A stretch of DNA of 64,000 bases from Phoronis australis (lineage: Eukaryota; Animalia; Phoronida), in assembly GCA_002633005.1 (NCBI GenBank), contig NMRA01000136.1:784369-848368 (forward strand). The letters run 5' to 3'. The notes under the pieces were generated by a model, which saw only the letters and a program-made list of their open reading frames with translations, searched no databases and was not told where the DNA came from. Every line of letters starts with the position of its first letter. Positions within the stretch are counted from its first letter, which is position 1. Position numbers and translations under genes: made by a program. Below, piece after piece: positions 1 to 12,000 of this stretch.

Positions 1-78
1 TATGAAGATTATTCTGCAAGTTTTCTAGGTTTGCAAGTTGTGAATAATAGACATTAAAATAATCCAATAAAACAATAC

Positions 79-3000
79 CTTGGGCACCAAGCATGGTGGC
101 CTTGACAGTAGATAAGATCTTCAGTTGAGTGCCAATCGTTGGGATACGCTCACACACTTGCCACAGGTTCTGGAAATGAACAAGAGACATGGGCCAACAA
201 TTTCAACCAATGCTGACATACCTGCCACAGGTTCTGGAAATGAGCGGGAAACTCCTATACTACATCTTATTCTGCAGCAGAATCATTGAAATACTCAGCA
301 ACTACTCTGCCATCTCTTGGGTGTAAAAAACAGAAGATGGCAAACATTCTCATATTTTTTGTTTAACAGTTGAATGCAAATAAATATTTCAGAACAATAA
401 TCTTGAAATTTACTAACATCAAACACATCAGAGGGAGCTGTCTCAAGACTCAATAGTTTGATCAAGAACCAGACGACATTTTAAGAAATTCTCAACAGTT
501 TGAATCAGGTGTAACGTCCTCAGGCCTGCTCATGTCTTATACAATTTAAACATGAATCAAACTGCTTGCAATCCTTTTTGAGAGAGATATGTCAATTTCA
601 TATCAGAATTGAAATCTTGTAAGGAAATGCTTGCATGCAGACTGACAGTGTCAATCCATTTGACTCACTGTTCTCATTCGCTTATCAGTGCACTGTCTGG
701 CCAAGTCATTGGCCAATCGTGTGACTTCCTCAGAGGCAGCAGCAATGGCCTTGGCAGTAGCAATCAACTCCTTTTTACTTTTGGCACCGCCCTCTCCTCT
801 GACAAAAGTAAAATTAATATAAATGGCATGGATATTATTCAACTCTAGCATTCATATCTACACAAAGTTTGAACTAAAAGTTCAAGATGTAACATCTAGA
901 GATTACCTTGCAAATTATCCTTCAATCAATAGATAATAGTTTGTTGATTTGGTAATTACAAAGAATGGATTCGTGATTAATGGTAAACAACAATTTGTCA
1001 AATCTCAAAATGTTCATAATGTCACAAGTTAGTTTCAGTTGTCACAGTCTTTTTTTTTGGCCTTTTTGCAATGTACAAGTCACTTGCTTTTAACACATAT
1101 GCGACATACAATATTTGTCAGTGATAACAACGAATTATTTTTATTGTGAAAAAACGAACCAACACTTGATGCAGCATGAAATATGTCTTAACCCAACAAA
1201 ACACTAACAACCAACTTGGCTTAGCAATTTTCTCACATTTTGTCACAGAATTCTAAAAATGTCACAAAATTTCAAGCAAGCACCTCTTGTCACAGAATAT
1301 CACCATGTCACAGGGAATCCATTCTCTGTAATAGCTACTGCGTGTTTAATGAACAAAACGATGAAAGATAAAACTTACAGTGATAATGACTAGTCAACAG
1401 AAATTGCAGAAACAACCATTGAATCCCACTCACTACTTCTTTGATATTGCTTCAAGAATATCAAAAGTGCATACAGCAATTTGCAAAAAAATGACATTTT
1501 TTTCTCTGTGAAAATCACTGAAAATTCGAAGCAAAAACTTCAAGCTAATATATGAATGATTTTAGAGTTATTTTTCATCACACTTCTTTCTGTAGTTTTG
1601 CCAGACAAAGTTTGACAAAAATCGCAAACTTTTTTGAAAACTGCTGTCAATACATTTCTCCCACATGCAGTGCTGTATCATGTCCCTGTTCATTTCAATC
1701 ACTTATTGAATGATATCAAACAATATTACACTGATCCACGCTGCTCCGCATGAAACTTCATTTCATCATACGACTAGTATTTTGTTACTCATCCAAGACT
1801 AAGGCTTTCTTAATATTCAGTATACTGATTGTTAAATTGAATATTATGTACCTCATGTTTAAAATTTTGTTTGGATACTGAGCTTGGCAAGATTCGAATG
1901 TGCTCCATTCAGTTTAAAGTCAACAACAGGTAAAAGAATGGGTCCTGTTCATTCACAAACAGTATTGTATTTGTTGTGACTCCCAATGTTGTTGAAAGTG
2001 AAATTCATTTGTTGTTAGACAAGTCTATCCTTTATATTAACAATCTCCACCAAAAATATTCCTATCAGAAAATGTAGTTGACGGTACTTTTGTAAATATA
2101 CTGAAAAAACTAAAGAGAGTTAAGAAACCTAGTATGTAAATTTTTATTAAAATCTGAAGAAATTCACAAAGTTAAAAAATGTAAAATCGATGCATATGAG
2201 AACATAATTCCATATATGTTATGCTTTGTAATACGAGCCACTGGCTTTATTACCTGAAATAAATTGATTGAAACTGACTTTAAATTGTTAAATCTTGATA
2301 AAAAATAAACAGTACATAAAAAAGCAACTATTTCTCATACGGCCTTTTCCACCACAACCCCAACCAAGCCAGGTAAAGCAAGATAAAGGTGAAATATGAT
2401 CATGAATGCCGTGTGCCAAGGATCGATTCCTCAGGTGTTTGGTGGGATACAAGGAATATTCACACTGCCTGCACAGCAGGACATTCCCACCTCCTTCAAT
2501 CATTACCTGTCAGTAACGTCAATTCTTAATGAGAAACAGATTAAGCGTTAGTACAGGAAGAAGAATAAAACGTAGAGGAGCGATGGATAATCAATTTAGT
2601 AATAGAAAAAATAATACTCACATCAACTGTTCAGTGAATATTTCAATAATTACAAACAAGTATATTTTGTTAATATATAAACTTAAGTTGAAAGAAATTT
2701 ATTAGAACAGGACTTTTACATAATTATGCAAATGGTTAATTATTCGAGGGACAAGGCTGTACTCTATTGGTAGTCACACATCAACCCCTTGATAGGGTGG
2801 CCAAAGGTGGCCTTTGTTGTCAAATACTTGGGGGTTCCAGCTGAACAGATGTCATAGTTAGCAGACACCAACTTAGAACCACCAATGACATGTGTAAGCC
2901 CAGTATGCTAAACATTATTATATGTACACCTTTAAGCTTCTAAACATAAATGAATATTTCAGTTTTAAGTATGATTTTCCTAACAAGTGTTGTATGAATT

Positions 3001-6000
3001 GTTTTATTCTCCTGAGCACAAACTAAAAAGAGATGATTCTGTACCTGACCAACTGGCTGAGTTTAGCCATCAACAAAGCCATCTTCTTCGCTGCTGCGAT
3101 GAGTTCATTGTCGTTAGACTCCCACTGTTTGACCTCTTGGTGGAGAGCATGTGCTGCCACCTAGTGATTAATACAGATCATAATTTTTGCAATAAAGCTT
3201 CATCTCACCCTTCACCCTGAATATCTGGCTAAAAATAAAAATTGAGGATTTTCCACAGGTCTCCATGTTTTGGCACACCAATAGTGCCATGTATACTTCT
3301 TGAATAGGATAACTTTATGTCTCAATACAAGAATAAGCACTCTCCGAAAGTGGACAGCAGGTTGAAATGGGCTGTTTAGTTCATTATGTTAAAACTAGAG
3401 ATCCAGCAATGAATACACTCAGCCAAACCACAATGCCAAGTTTTTAACATTCGCTCACTTCCAAAAGTTTCAAGCCAACTGCGCTGTATTAAACTGAGTT
3501 TGTTTACTGCAAACTTCCGTCACGAAAGTTTTAGAAATTTCCCAGAGATTAAGTGCAACATAGTCTGACTGCACGAAATAGTTAACTTAAATGTCAAAAT
3601 AGCAGATTAAAAGTATCCAGTTTCACAATCTACCATGATTGGCTGGTTTTCCTTTGGCTGCTGTTTGAACAGCACGGCGGCCTCCTGCTCCTCCGGAGGT
3701 GGTGGACGGGGTGGGGCTGACTCCTGGGGCAACGGTGGGCGAGGGGGTACATCTGGAACAAGCAGATACCAACAACTCTTCAATAGTGACTCTCAAGCAA
3801 TCCAAAAGGGTTATTTGTAAATGTGGTCTTGCGATTATATGCAGTCATACTGAAAAGAATACAGTTTGTCCACAAGTAGAATGTGTCACTAATATGAGAC
3901 AAGAATTTTATCAGAAAACGTTAATTAGTAGATGAGCTACTGCAGAAACAAAAATGTCACACAAGATTCCAAGACTAAACAATGTACTAATGTTAGTTAA
4001 AAGTCTTAAATGCATTGTTAATATAACAATTTTCATAGTTTTACCTGTTCTTAATCACATGAGAAGACATTACAAGTACATAAATAGTTTAAAACAAGAA
4101 AAAAATGGGTACATGACATGGTTACTGTGGGCAAGGGGTCCATTTCATGAAAAGTGACTCAAGATTTAAGTCAGACAGTTTGTCTTACGCGCCGCAAAAC
4201 TATTTCTGAAAAAAATTAATTCACCTCAGCAGTACATGCTTTCTGAAAATATACCCATACTTGCTTGTTGCTCAGACAATTTTGGAACATCATTCCTAAC
4301 CTGCGATGTGCAATCACAAGTAAATGACAAAAACTTAAATCAGTTATTGAGAAGTTGGATTTCGGACTTTAAGTCTTCAGTCAATAAGAAAAGCAACTTA
4401 AGTCTTAAGCCACATTTTATAAAAAGACCCAAAGTCACAAAGTTCAAATAGCGAGACTAACAATCCCTAATTAAACAAGCAGCAATGTCTACATCAAACA
4501 AAGCTACCTGGAAACTAGTTTGAGTTTAAAATGAGACGAGCCAATACTTTGTTGTAAGTTAGTTATTAGTTATTAGTGATAATTAGATCAGCTCACAACA
4601 CAACACAAGACAGCAATAAAAGTGTTACCAGTATATGGTTATTAACGATTAGTACTGAGCCAAGTTTAAAAGGGAGAGTGAATCAAGGTCAATACTCCAT
4701 CAATTTACAATGCGTAACTTTCTAGTTTACTGCAGAATGATTGTAAATATATTCTGAAAAATAAGTTGATTTTCACATCATTTGCCACAAAAAGTAGGTA
4801 ACACCACGGACAAAAATTCTGCCCTTTCCTTCCCAAAAAGCTAACTCTGATCAGAGTATTTGACCACGATTTGCAACTAATAAGGTGATAATCCAATCCT
4901 AAACACAGATCTGAAGCCTACCTCTCTTTCCACCAAAACTCTTACCACGCACTGCAACAACACCTGTCCCCATGCATAAGCACATTTTCCACACACAATT
5001 GTAATTAAACTTGAGTAGTAAAGCTTCTTCTTAATGCAGAGCAAGAGTAATTGCTGAGAGTGGCAAAGGTTTTGTGAAGTGAGAGTTTGACTCGCCTGGC
5101 ACCGCCTGGCACCACTAGCACCCTGACAAAGGAGGCGTTAAGTAACCTGGACAAAACATTTGACTGTTAATCCTGGGAACATGCTAGCATGGTACAACCT
5201 ACAAACAAAACGAGTTAAAATGGGGAGGTATCAACACAGTTTTTACCTATCAAAAGAAGCTACACGAACAAGTTGACACTTACGAGTGGAAGAAATTTTA
5301 CAAAATCTCCAAACTCTTCAGTAGTACCAGTACGTGTTAGGACACAATACAGTAATTGATTGGATGAGATGTAGAACAGAGATACTAAAATCTTGCCAAC
5401 TTGAGACAAAAATAACTTATTTGCCAAATTTGCCCTTTTTTCATTTCTAAATGACTTCTGATAAAACATTGTGAATGGCGCCAAGTTTTCAAAACAAAGC
5501 TTGAGCTTGGTACAAAGCTTGAACATGGAAAAGCATTTGATTTGGTGCTGCATTATGTTGCATGGAAAGTCATAAAATAAAATTTCATTTATCGCCCATA
5601 TTGTGTTGGCCATGAAGTGCAGAATGCGAGACATCTCAAGAGATTTTAATTCTCTTTCACCTAAGACTGGCAAAATTACAAGGAAGTGTGTAAAGATTTT
5701 TACATTTCTAAAACTTCATGAACATATGTTAGTATTTGGGTAAAAGTCAATTATTTCATCTGCTGATGCTGTTCCTGTTAGCCATGCTGCTGATATCTTG
5801 CGTGCATGAGTTCCTGTATGCAATATAAATACATGTAGGCAACGTTTAGCAAGAGTTGCTGCAAACAGAGCTCAGGTTAGTTGCATTAGTATTGGGGGGA
5901 CACCACTTTCCCATAATGCACCAACTCACTAGCCAGGCATGACAGATAGTCTTCACTTGTGCCAAAAATAAATTTGTAAAGGTACGAAATTAGGCTGCGG

Positions 6001-9000
6001 GATAACATAATTCGGGTTTAAGTCTGTGAGTCATTTCAATGAAAAAAGCAACCACAGATAAAGCCAACTGCATATGTGTAATGGGCCTGCACCACAAAAG
6101 GTACTCAAACACTTGTGCTCTATCTTTTAAGCCAAATCTTGCACAAAGCACCTTACACAATAGTCAACTTTCAAAATAGCAAGTGACAAAATAAATACTC
6201 AAAATCCTATCTTAACAAACTGGCACATATTTGCAAGACCAATCATGTCTGCCATAAATGGCTACAATCCCACGATGCATCAGTAGTTCACCTCTAAAGT
6301 AGTCACCAGGTGGCGGTGGCACCGGTGGTGCTGGGACCGGTGGCTGAACTGGTGCAGGTGGTGGAGGAGCTGTAAATCAAGTCTGTGATCGATGTATACA
6401 AAATACAAAATAAAACAACCACAACACTATTCCTTACTAGTAACAGTAACAACAGAATCTACTCTGCATTATAAAATGCAACTTGTAACTCCTTTGCAAT
6501 AAGTTTGCATTAAGACAGCCATTATATTTAATATGAAGTTTTTTCTATGAATAAAATTCTGCAAACATAGTAACTCAACAGAAAATAAAGCATCAAAAGT
6601 ATGCCTAACAAAGCAGCCTAGCTGAACGTTCAAAATTCCTAAACACATGCAAAGAAAAAATAAATTGACAGGTAAAAACCCAGCAGAAACAACTCAAAGT
6701 ACAAGACAAAAGTAATCAGACAAAATGCCATTTTTCCATCATTTTAGCTAATTTTGTAAACAGCAAAAAAGATGGGTAATAAATATTGGGGCAGTAAAAT
6801 GGCTTAATAATCGTCTGGCTGTTAATTTTCCATCATTCTCAGTCACGACGGAAGACTATTGTGACGATGAATTCAGCTTCCGTCTAGCTGTAACCACAGG
6901 GAATCTCGCGTGATTTTGTCTGAATATGTTTGGATTGTACTGTATAAAACAGGAAGAAAGAATTTGTCGAGTCAAACATTCTAAAATTCATTGTTTAGAG
7001 CAGATTCAATTTGACACCCAGAATTATAATAAGCAAAACGATGTTGATTGCTACACCAATTTCCTGCATTTCATTTTTGCTCTAATTCCAGGGAAATAGT
7101 AATTTTAAGTCTTGTGTCAGATTGCAATATTCCAGTCTTTTTATTTTCAATTTCACAATGAGTTAATGAATTAAGTCAGAGGACAGGTTATTCAAAACTT
7201 AAAAAAATAGGAGCACAACTATTATTACTTCTGAAATTTGTAGAATAGGCAAACCACACAAACCTTCCCACACTGGAACTGCAGGTACGTTGTTATGTGC
7301 TTGTGTAAACAAGTCCAAGTCATCTGGCGTGAACCAAGCAAAACAAAGCGACAACCGATTAATAATAATAATTAAAGTGAAAGTGAGGCCAGATTGGAGA
7401 GACTTCTCTGGTATACATATAAATGTTGGATCAACTTCCACAGCCATTACTACTGATTTGACCACGACACGCCCCTCATTGTCTCAATTATGGGATCGTT
7501 ATCAGCTTTATTCTGCCCTGAAAATATTCCCAAAGATTGAAGGCGCATGTAACTCATATGATGGTGAGTGGGGGAGCAATTAATGATGCCCAGGGGGGTG
7601 GCAACATTGCTCCTCATCGAAAAATCCTGACCCCTTTCAGAAGACACAGCCACCTTTCACCTAGATGACCAAGGGCCCTGGTCAGTTCCAGCACTACTTC
7701 ATGTTTAGGATAAATCTCAATCTTTACAAATTTTTTCAAACATATAATATGCTCACATTGCATTAAATTAAATCCATTGATACTCAATAACATTTCTTCA
7801 AGTGTAAAACATTGAGTTGCTAGGGACAGGTTCAGTTGGTTCCAATAGTCTGGCAAACCTTTATCCGCCATCTTCATGCCTTTTTGATGCTTTAGCAATT
7901 ACGAACCTACATTCTTCAGTGCCTTGGTCAAATCATATGCAATTTTGCTGTTACTATATAACCTATGTCAGAGGGAACTGTGTCTAGGATTTTTGAATTT
8001 CCCTTAAACAATGAAAAAAGATATGTACATCCATTGAAAAGTAAAATTATTTATAAAATAAGTGAAATACCAAAGAAGTCTCCTCTTCACCTGAAGCAAA
8101 GCCACCACAATAAGCCTGTTCATGCGAGTCTAGCCTTTCCCTAAGTTTTAGGGATTTTTTCCATAAATTTTTTTTCTAGTAATTCCGGAATTTTGCGATC
8201 ATGCGATAAATTTTCAGGATCTGGGTAATAATAAAGACTCGATGAATGGGCCTATCATATACTTGTGTGAAGCACTAACAAACTTAAGATGTTAGCCAAA
8301 TCAAAGCGTTACATAAGCATAACAGAGAAGGGTAAATTTACTGTTCAATTTCAAACCATTGAGAACATATTAACCAGACTATTAATTAAAACTATGGTGA
8401 CTATTTAAAGAAATATGAGAATGAATAAACACAAAAGCAATATATTTGTGACCAGGTCTAAAACTAAATTAAGCATTACGGCAATGTAGGACTCTAGAAC
8501 ATAACATCTCAGGAATGGCTGACCTACATATATAAAACTTTCAGATAATATGCTTTACTCACAATTCTTTGAAACGCTGTTAAGAATTATTTTTAAATTG
8601 TAACATTTTGCATGAGAACCTCAGCCTATCAAAAGTAAGGCTTCTATTATGAAAAAAATTAAGTTGAATAAAATGAAATGATATTTTAAAAACTATAACA
8701 GTGTTTTTGAGAACATTTACATCAAATAAAATATGATTAAATTATCGATACTGGTGTTTTATTATCAAGAATTCTTTTTTGGATAAATTTTACTTAAGAC
8801 ATTTTCATGTGACCTAATTAATGGCAGACTATACAGGCTTTCTATTTTCAGGAAATTATAATTTCTTTGAGTTAAAATCTATAGTTTTGTATTAGACACT
8901 TGGCTAAATGCATTGACTTTAAAGTGATGATGAACTTATGAAAAAAGAAAGTAAATTGATCACAGACAAAAAATAATAATTAGAGCCAATATCAAATTTT

Positions 9001-12000
9001 TGGTATAGTGTAAATTTGATTTATGAATAGCGTTAATAGGTCAGGCCAAAGAAATAAGATTTAAATTTTTTGTTGCATGTGAACAAGCATCATTAACTGC
9101 AATGAGTTATTCAGTAATGCGTAAACTTTCGCAGGTAGTTACAGTGCATGACAAAACTAATCAGACAAAATAACACTTCACCGTCATGATGTCTAATTCT
9201 GTTGACAGTGCAAATGACTGGAAGCACAATTCTAATTAAATAGCTAATAGTCCGTTTACTAAATTTTCCTGTTAATTTCCCTTCATTCTCAGTCATGAGA
9301 GAGGGCTACTCTGACCATGGATTTAGCTTCCAATCAAATGTCATGACGGGGAATTCTGGGTGATTTTGCCTGAATACTTTTGGCATCTAGTGTAGGCGAG
9401 TAAAGTTGGCAACAAAATAACAGCACATACAGAAGCCATAATGGGAAGAAAGCATGGAACAACAGCGCCATCTCAAATTTAATGTTTTTAAAGATATATT
9501 GCAGTTACACTGGAGTTAGCTACTGGTTGCTTTAGTAAGAAACAGGAAACATGGAAATGACAGCCACACTGGAACACATGGTGGAATGCCATGCAGTCAA
9601 ACCTGCTGGCTGAAGATGAACCTGAAGTTGAGTGGTTGGATGCTGCTGCGTGGAGGTTGGTGAGAGTCTGGAGTGACGCTGAGTCATGGGGGATGAGTGA
9701 GGAAAGACGGGGTGCCTGGCGGACTTGGGGGACACAGGGATGCGTACAGAGTCGGGGAAGTTGCATGGCGGAGAAGCATTGCACAGAGAATCTAACACAT
9801 CTACAGAGAGAGAATGATAAGAGAGAGAGAGAAAGACAAAGTCACACACACTGACAAAGAAATAGACATGTTGATGTACATGTGCAAGGGAGGTAATTTA
9901 AAAGATGGAGAGGAGAAGCAAAGAAGAGTGACACTGTCTTAAGTGCCATGTTACAATGACAACTTGTAACCTGGGACAGATCAAAGTGATTTAATGTTTT
10001 ATGCAATATTCCTGACGCAATCTAAATGTGAACAACTCCAGTTCATGGAAAGAAATAATATAACAGACACACACAGATGACAATTGAATTACTAGAATAC
10101 TGGAAAACAATGGTAGATAATGCAATTCCATGTGACTAAGATTTCCATGAAACCAAGTCATTCAATTATTTTTAGGTTTGATAGGTGTGTGCATAGAGCC
10201 AGTTTCAGTTAGTCAATGATAAATTGCACCCAGAATAAACTGCACACATCACAAGTTTACACAGAAGTGTATAATGCACTCGGCCAGGCACTGTGAGCTG
10301 TTTTAGCTGTTGGATATAGACAATTAATAGTGGAACAAAGGATGGGCAAACCACACGACACAGTTTAATAATCACAGCTTAAAAGAAAAGCCAAACCATG
10401 GCGGAAGTGAAAGATCAACAAGTTAGATTAAAAATTTTTTGAACTCCAGCAGGGCACCATACGACAATGAATCTTGAACTTGAAATGTCCAGTGGTTGTC
10501 AGTTCATGAGGGTCAACACACAACAACAAAAAAGCTGGCATGCCCATCGTGGCGAAGGGATTTAAGAATGACAAGTCAAGATAGTTTCACACCTTTTTCA
10601 GTAAAGAGCATCAAATTGCTTAATCAACTGCCCAGCAAGGACACATCACTTGTTCACACAGCAGAAACAAGCATGCTGGAACTGTGTCAAAAGAAACAAA
10701 ACCTGAAACTCTTTTCTTGCCTCTGCTATACATACATTCATGAAGTCTTGACAAAGAAGTCCATGCAGGGGGTACGGCATCCCCTTCATCAAAACCTCTT
10801 CTGTTTGGATACAGTTTCGAAGTAGTCCAATCTAATGTATCTGATTCATTTTCACCACAATAAACAGCAAAATACGGACTGGATTCACCCTTTGGCGGTG
10901 GTTCTAGTTTTGAGTCACACAAATTCTCGTAGTAACTATCCGACATGTCTGAGATATAAAATCCCTCATTGGCTGAAGCTGAACCCTGTTTAGATACTTC
11001 AAACATGTCCCCCTCAGCCATACTATGCAGGAGAGAAATGATGTCATCAAGACCTGCTAAGCATTCTTGAGTGCCAAACCTCTCGACTGCAGATGCGCGA
11101 GATTTTTCCGTTAAAGGACCAAAACCTGACACCCCGACCTGTGGATTCGTCGCAGAATACGACCTTAAAATGGAGGTAGCTGCAGATGGCTGGTGTGGAA
11201 CACTTTGATCCTGTTCAAAGTGAGTTCCCTCTGTATGCTTTGCATGAGCTCTCTGTCCATAAACTGTCGGCATTTTATCACGCGTAACACCCATTTTTAT
11301 GCCTGGCTTCCTCCACGATCTGGCAGCATGCCAGCTAGAATCCTGCCGCCTTTTAGGCAGTGGAGGTTTCAAGTCACCAGGTGGTGTTGATGCCCGGCGC
11401 TGAATGCAGACAAGTTTCTTCCGTGCCAGTTGAGGTGTTTGTGATCGGGATAGAGGCTTGGCTGAGGAATTAGTGCAAGCAGTTGGACACCAGGTGTCCC
11501 TAGCATAGTCTACACTGAGAAACAGAAAAGGCAGTAAGGGAGTGGACAGAAATCGCACAACTATCAATAGGCTTAAAATAGCGCCGCTGCTGAGAAACAT
11601 CACAGCAACTAGTTTCAATTCGAACATACAAATATTACACTAACTATTTCTCATAAGCTTTAAGCCGCAAAAAAATGAATAATCCCAAGAAATAGTTTTA
11701 TTTGCGATATAATTTTCCTAGAATGCACATACATCATAGCAGTGTAAAGGCGACAACTATCTACATAGAGATTCCTAGTTTGAGATTTCATGTTTGTTGA
11801 AACTGTACACTATGAAAAAACGTGAAGAGCAGAATCAAGAGGTCAGACAAGTTCTCACCTTGCAAGTTGAGACCACTCAGGTCAGGGGGTGCAGGGAAGT
11901 CTTCTTCAAAGAGAGGAGGGGGTGGGGGCAGCTCTTCCTTGGGGGTGACCGCTTTGCGCACATTCCGCACACCATTAATTAACTGAAGAATATCGAGACA

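Noticed and set aside
5090-5150. GC-rich 27-nt candidate exon with a CAG|GCGAGT donor in the vinculin linker intron
   Set aside because: It contains TAG in the required phase and needs a GC donor. It could be a poison exon but is unsupported.
5720-5815. Open stretch after catacAG on the vinculin sense strand
   Set aside because: No convincing in-phase donor.
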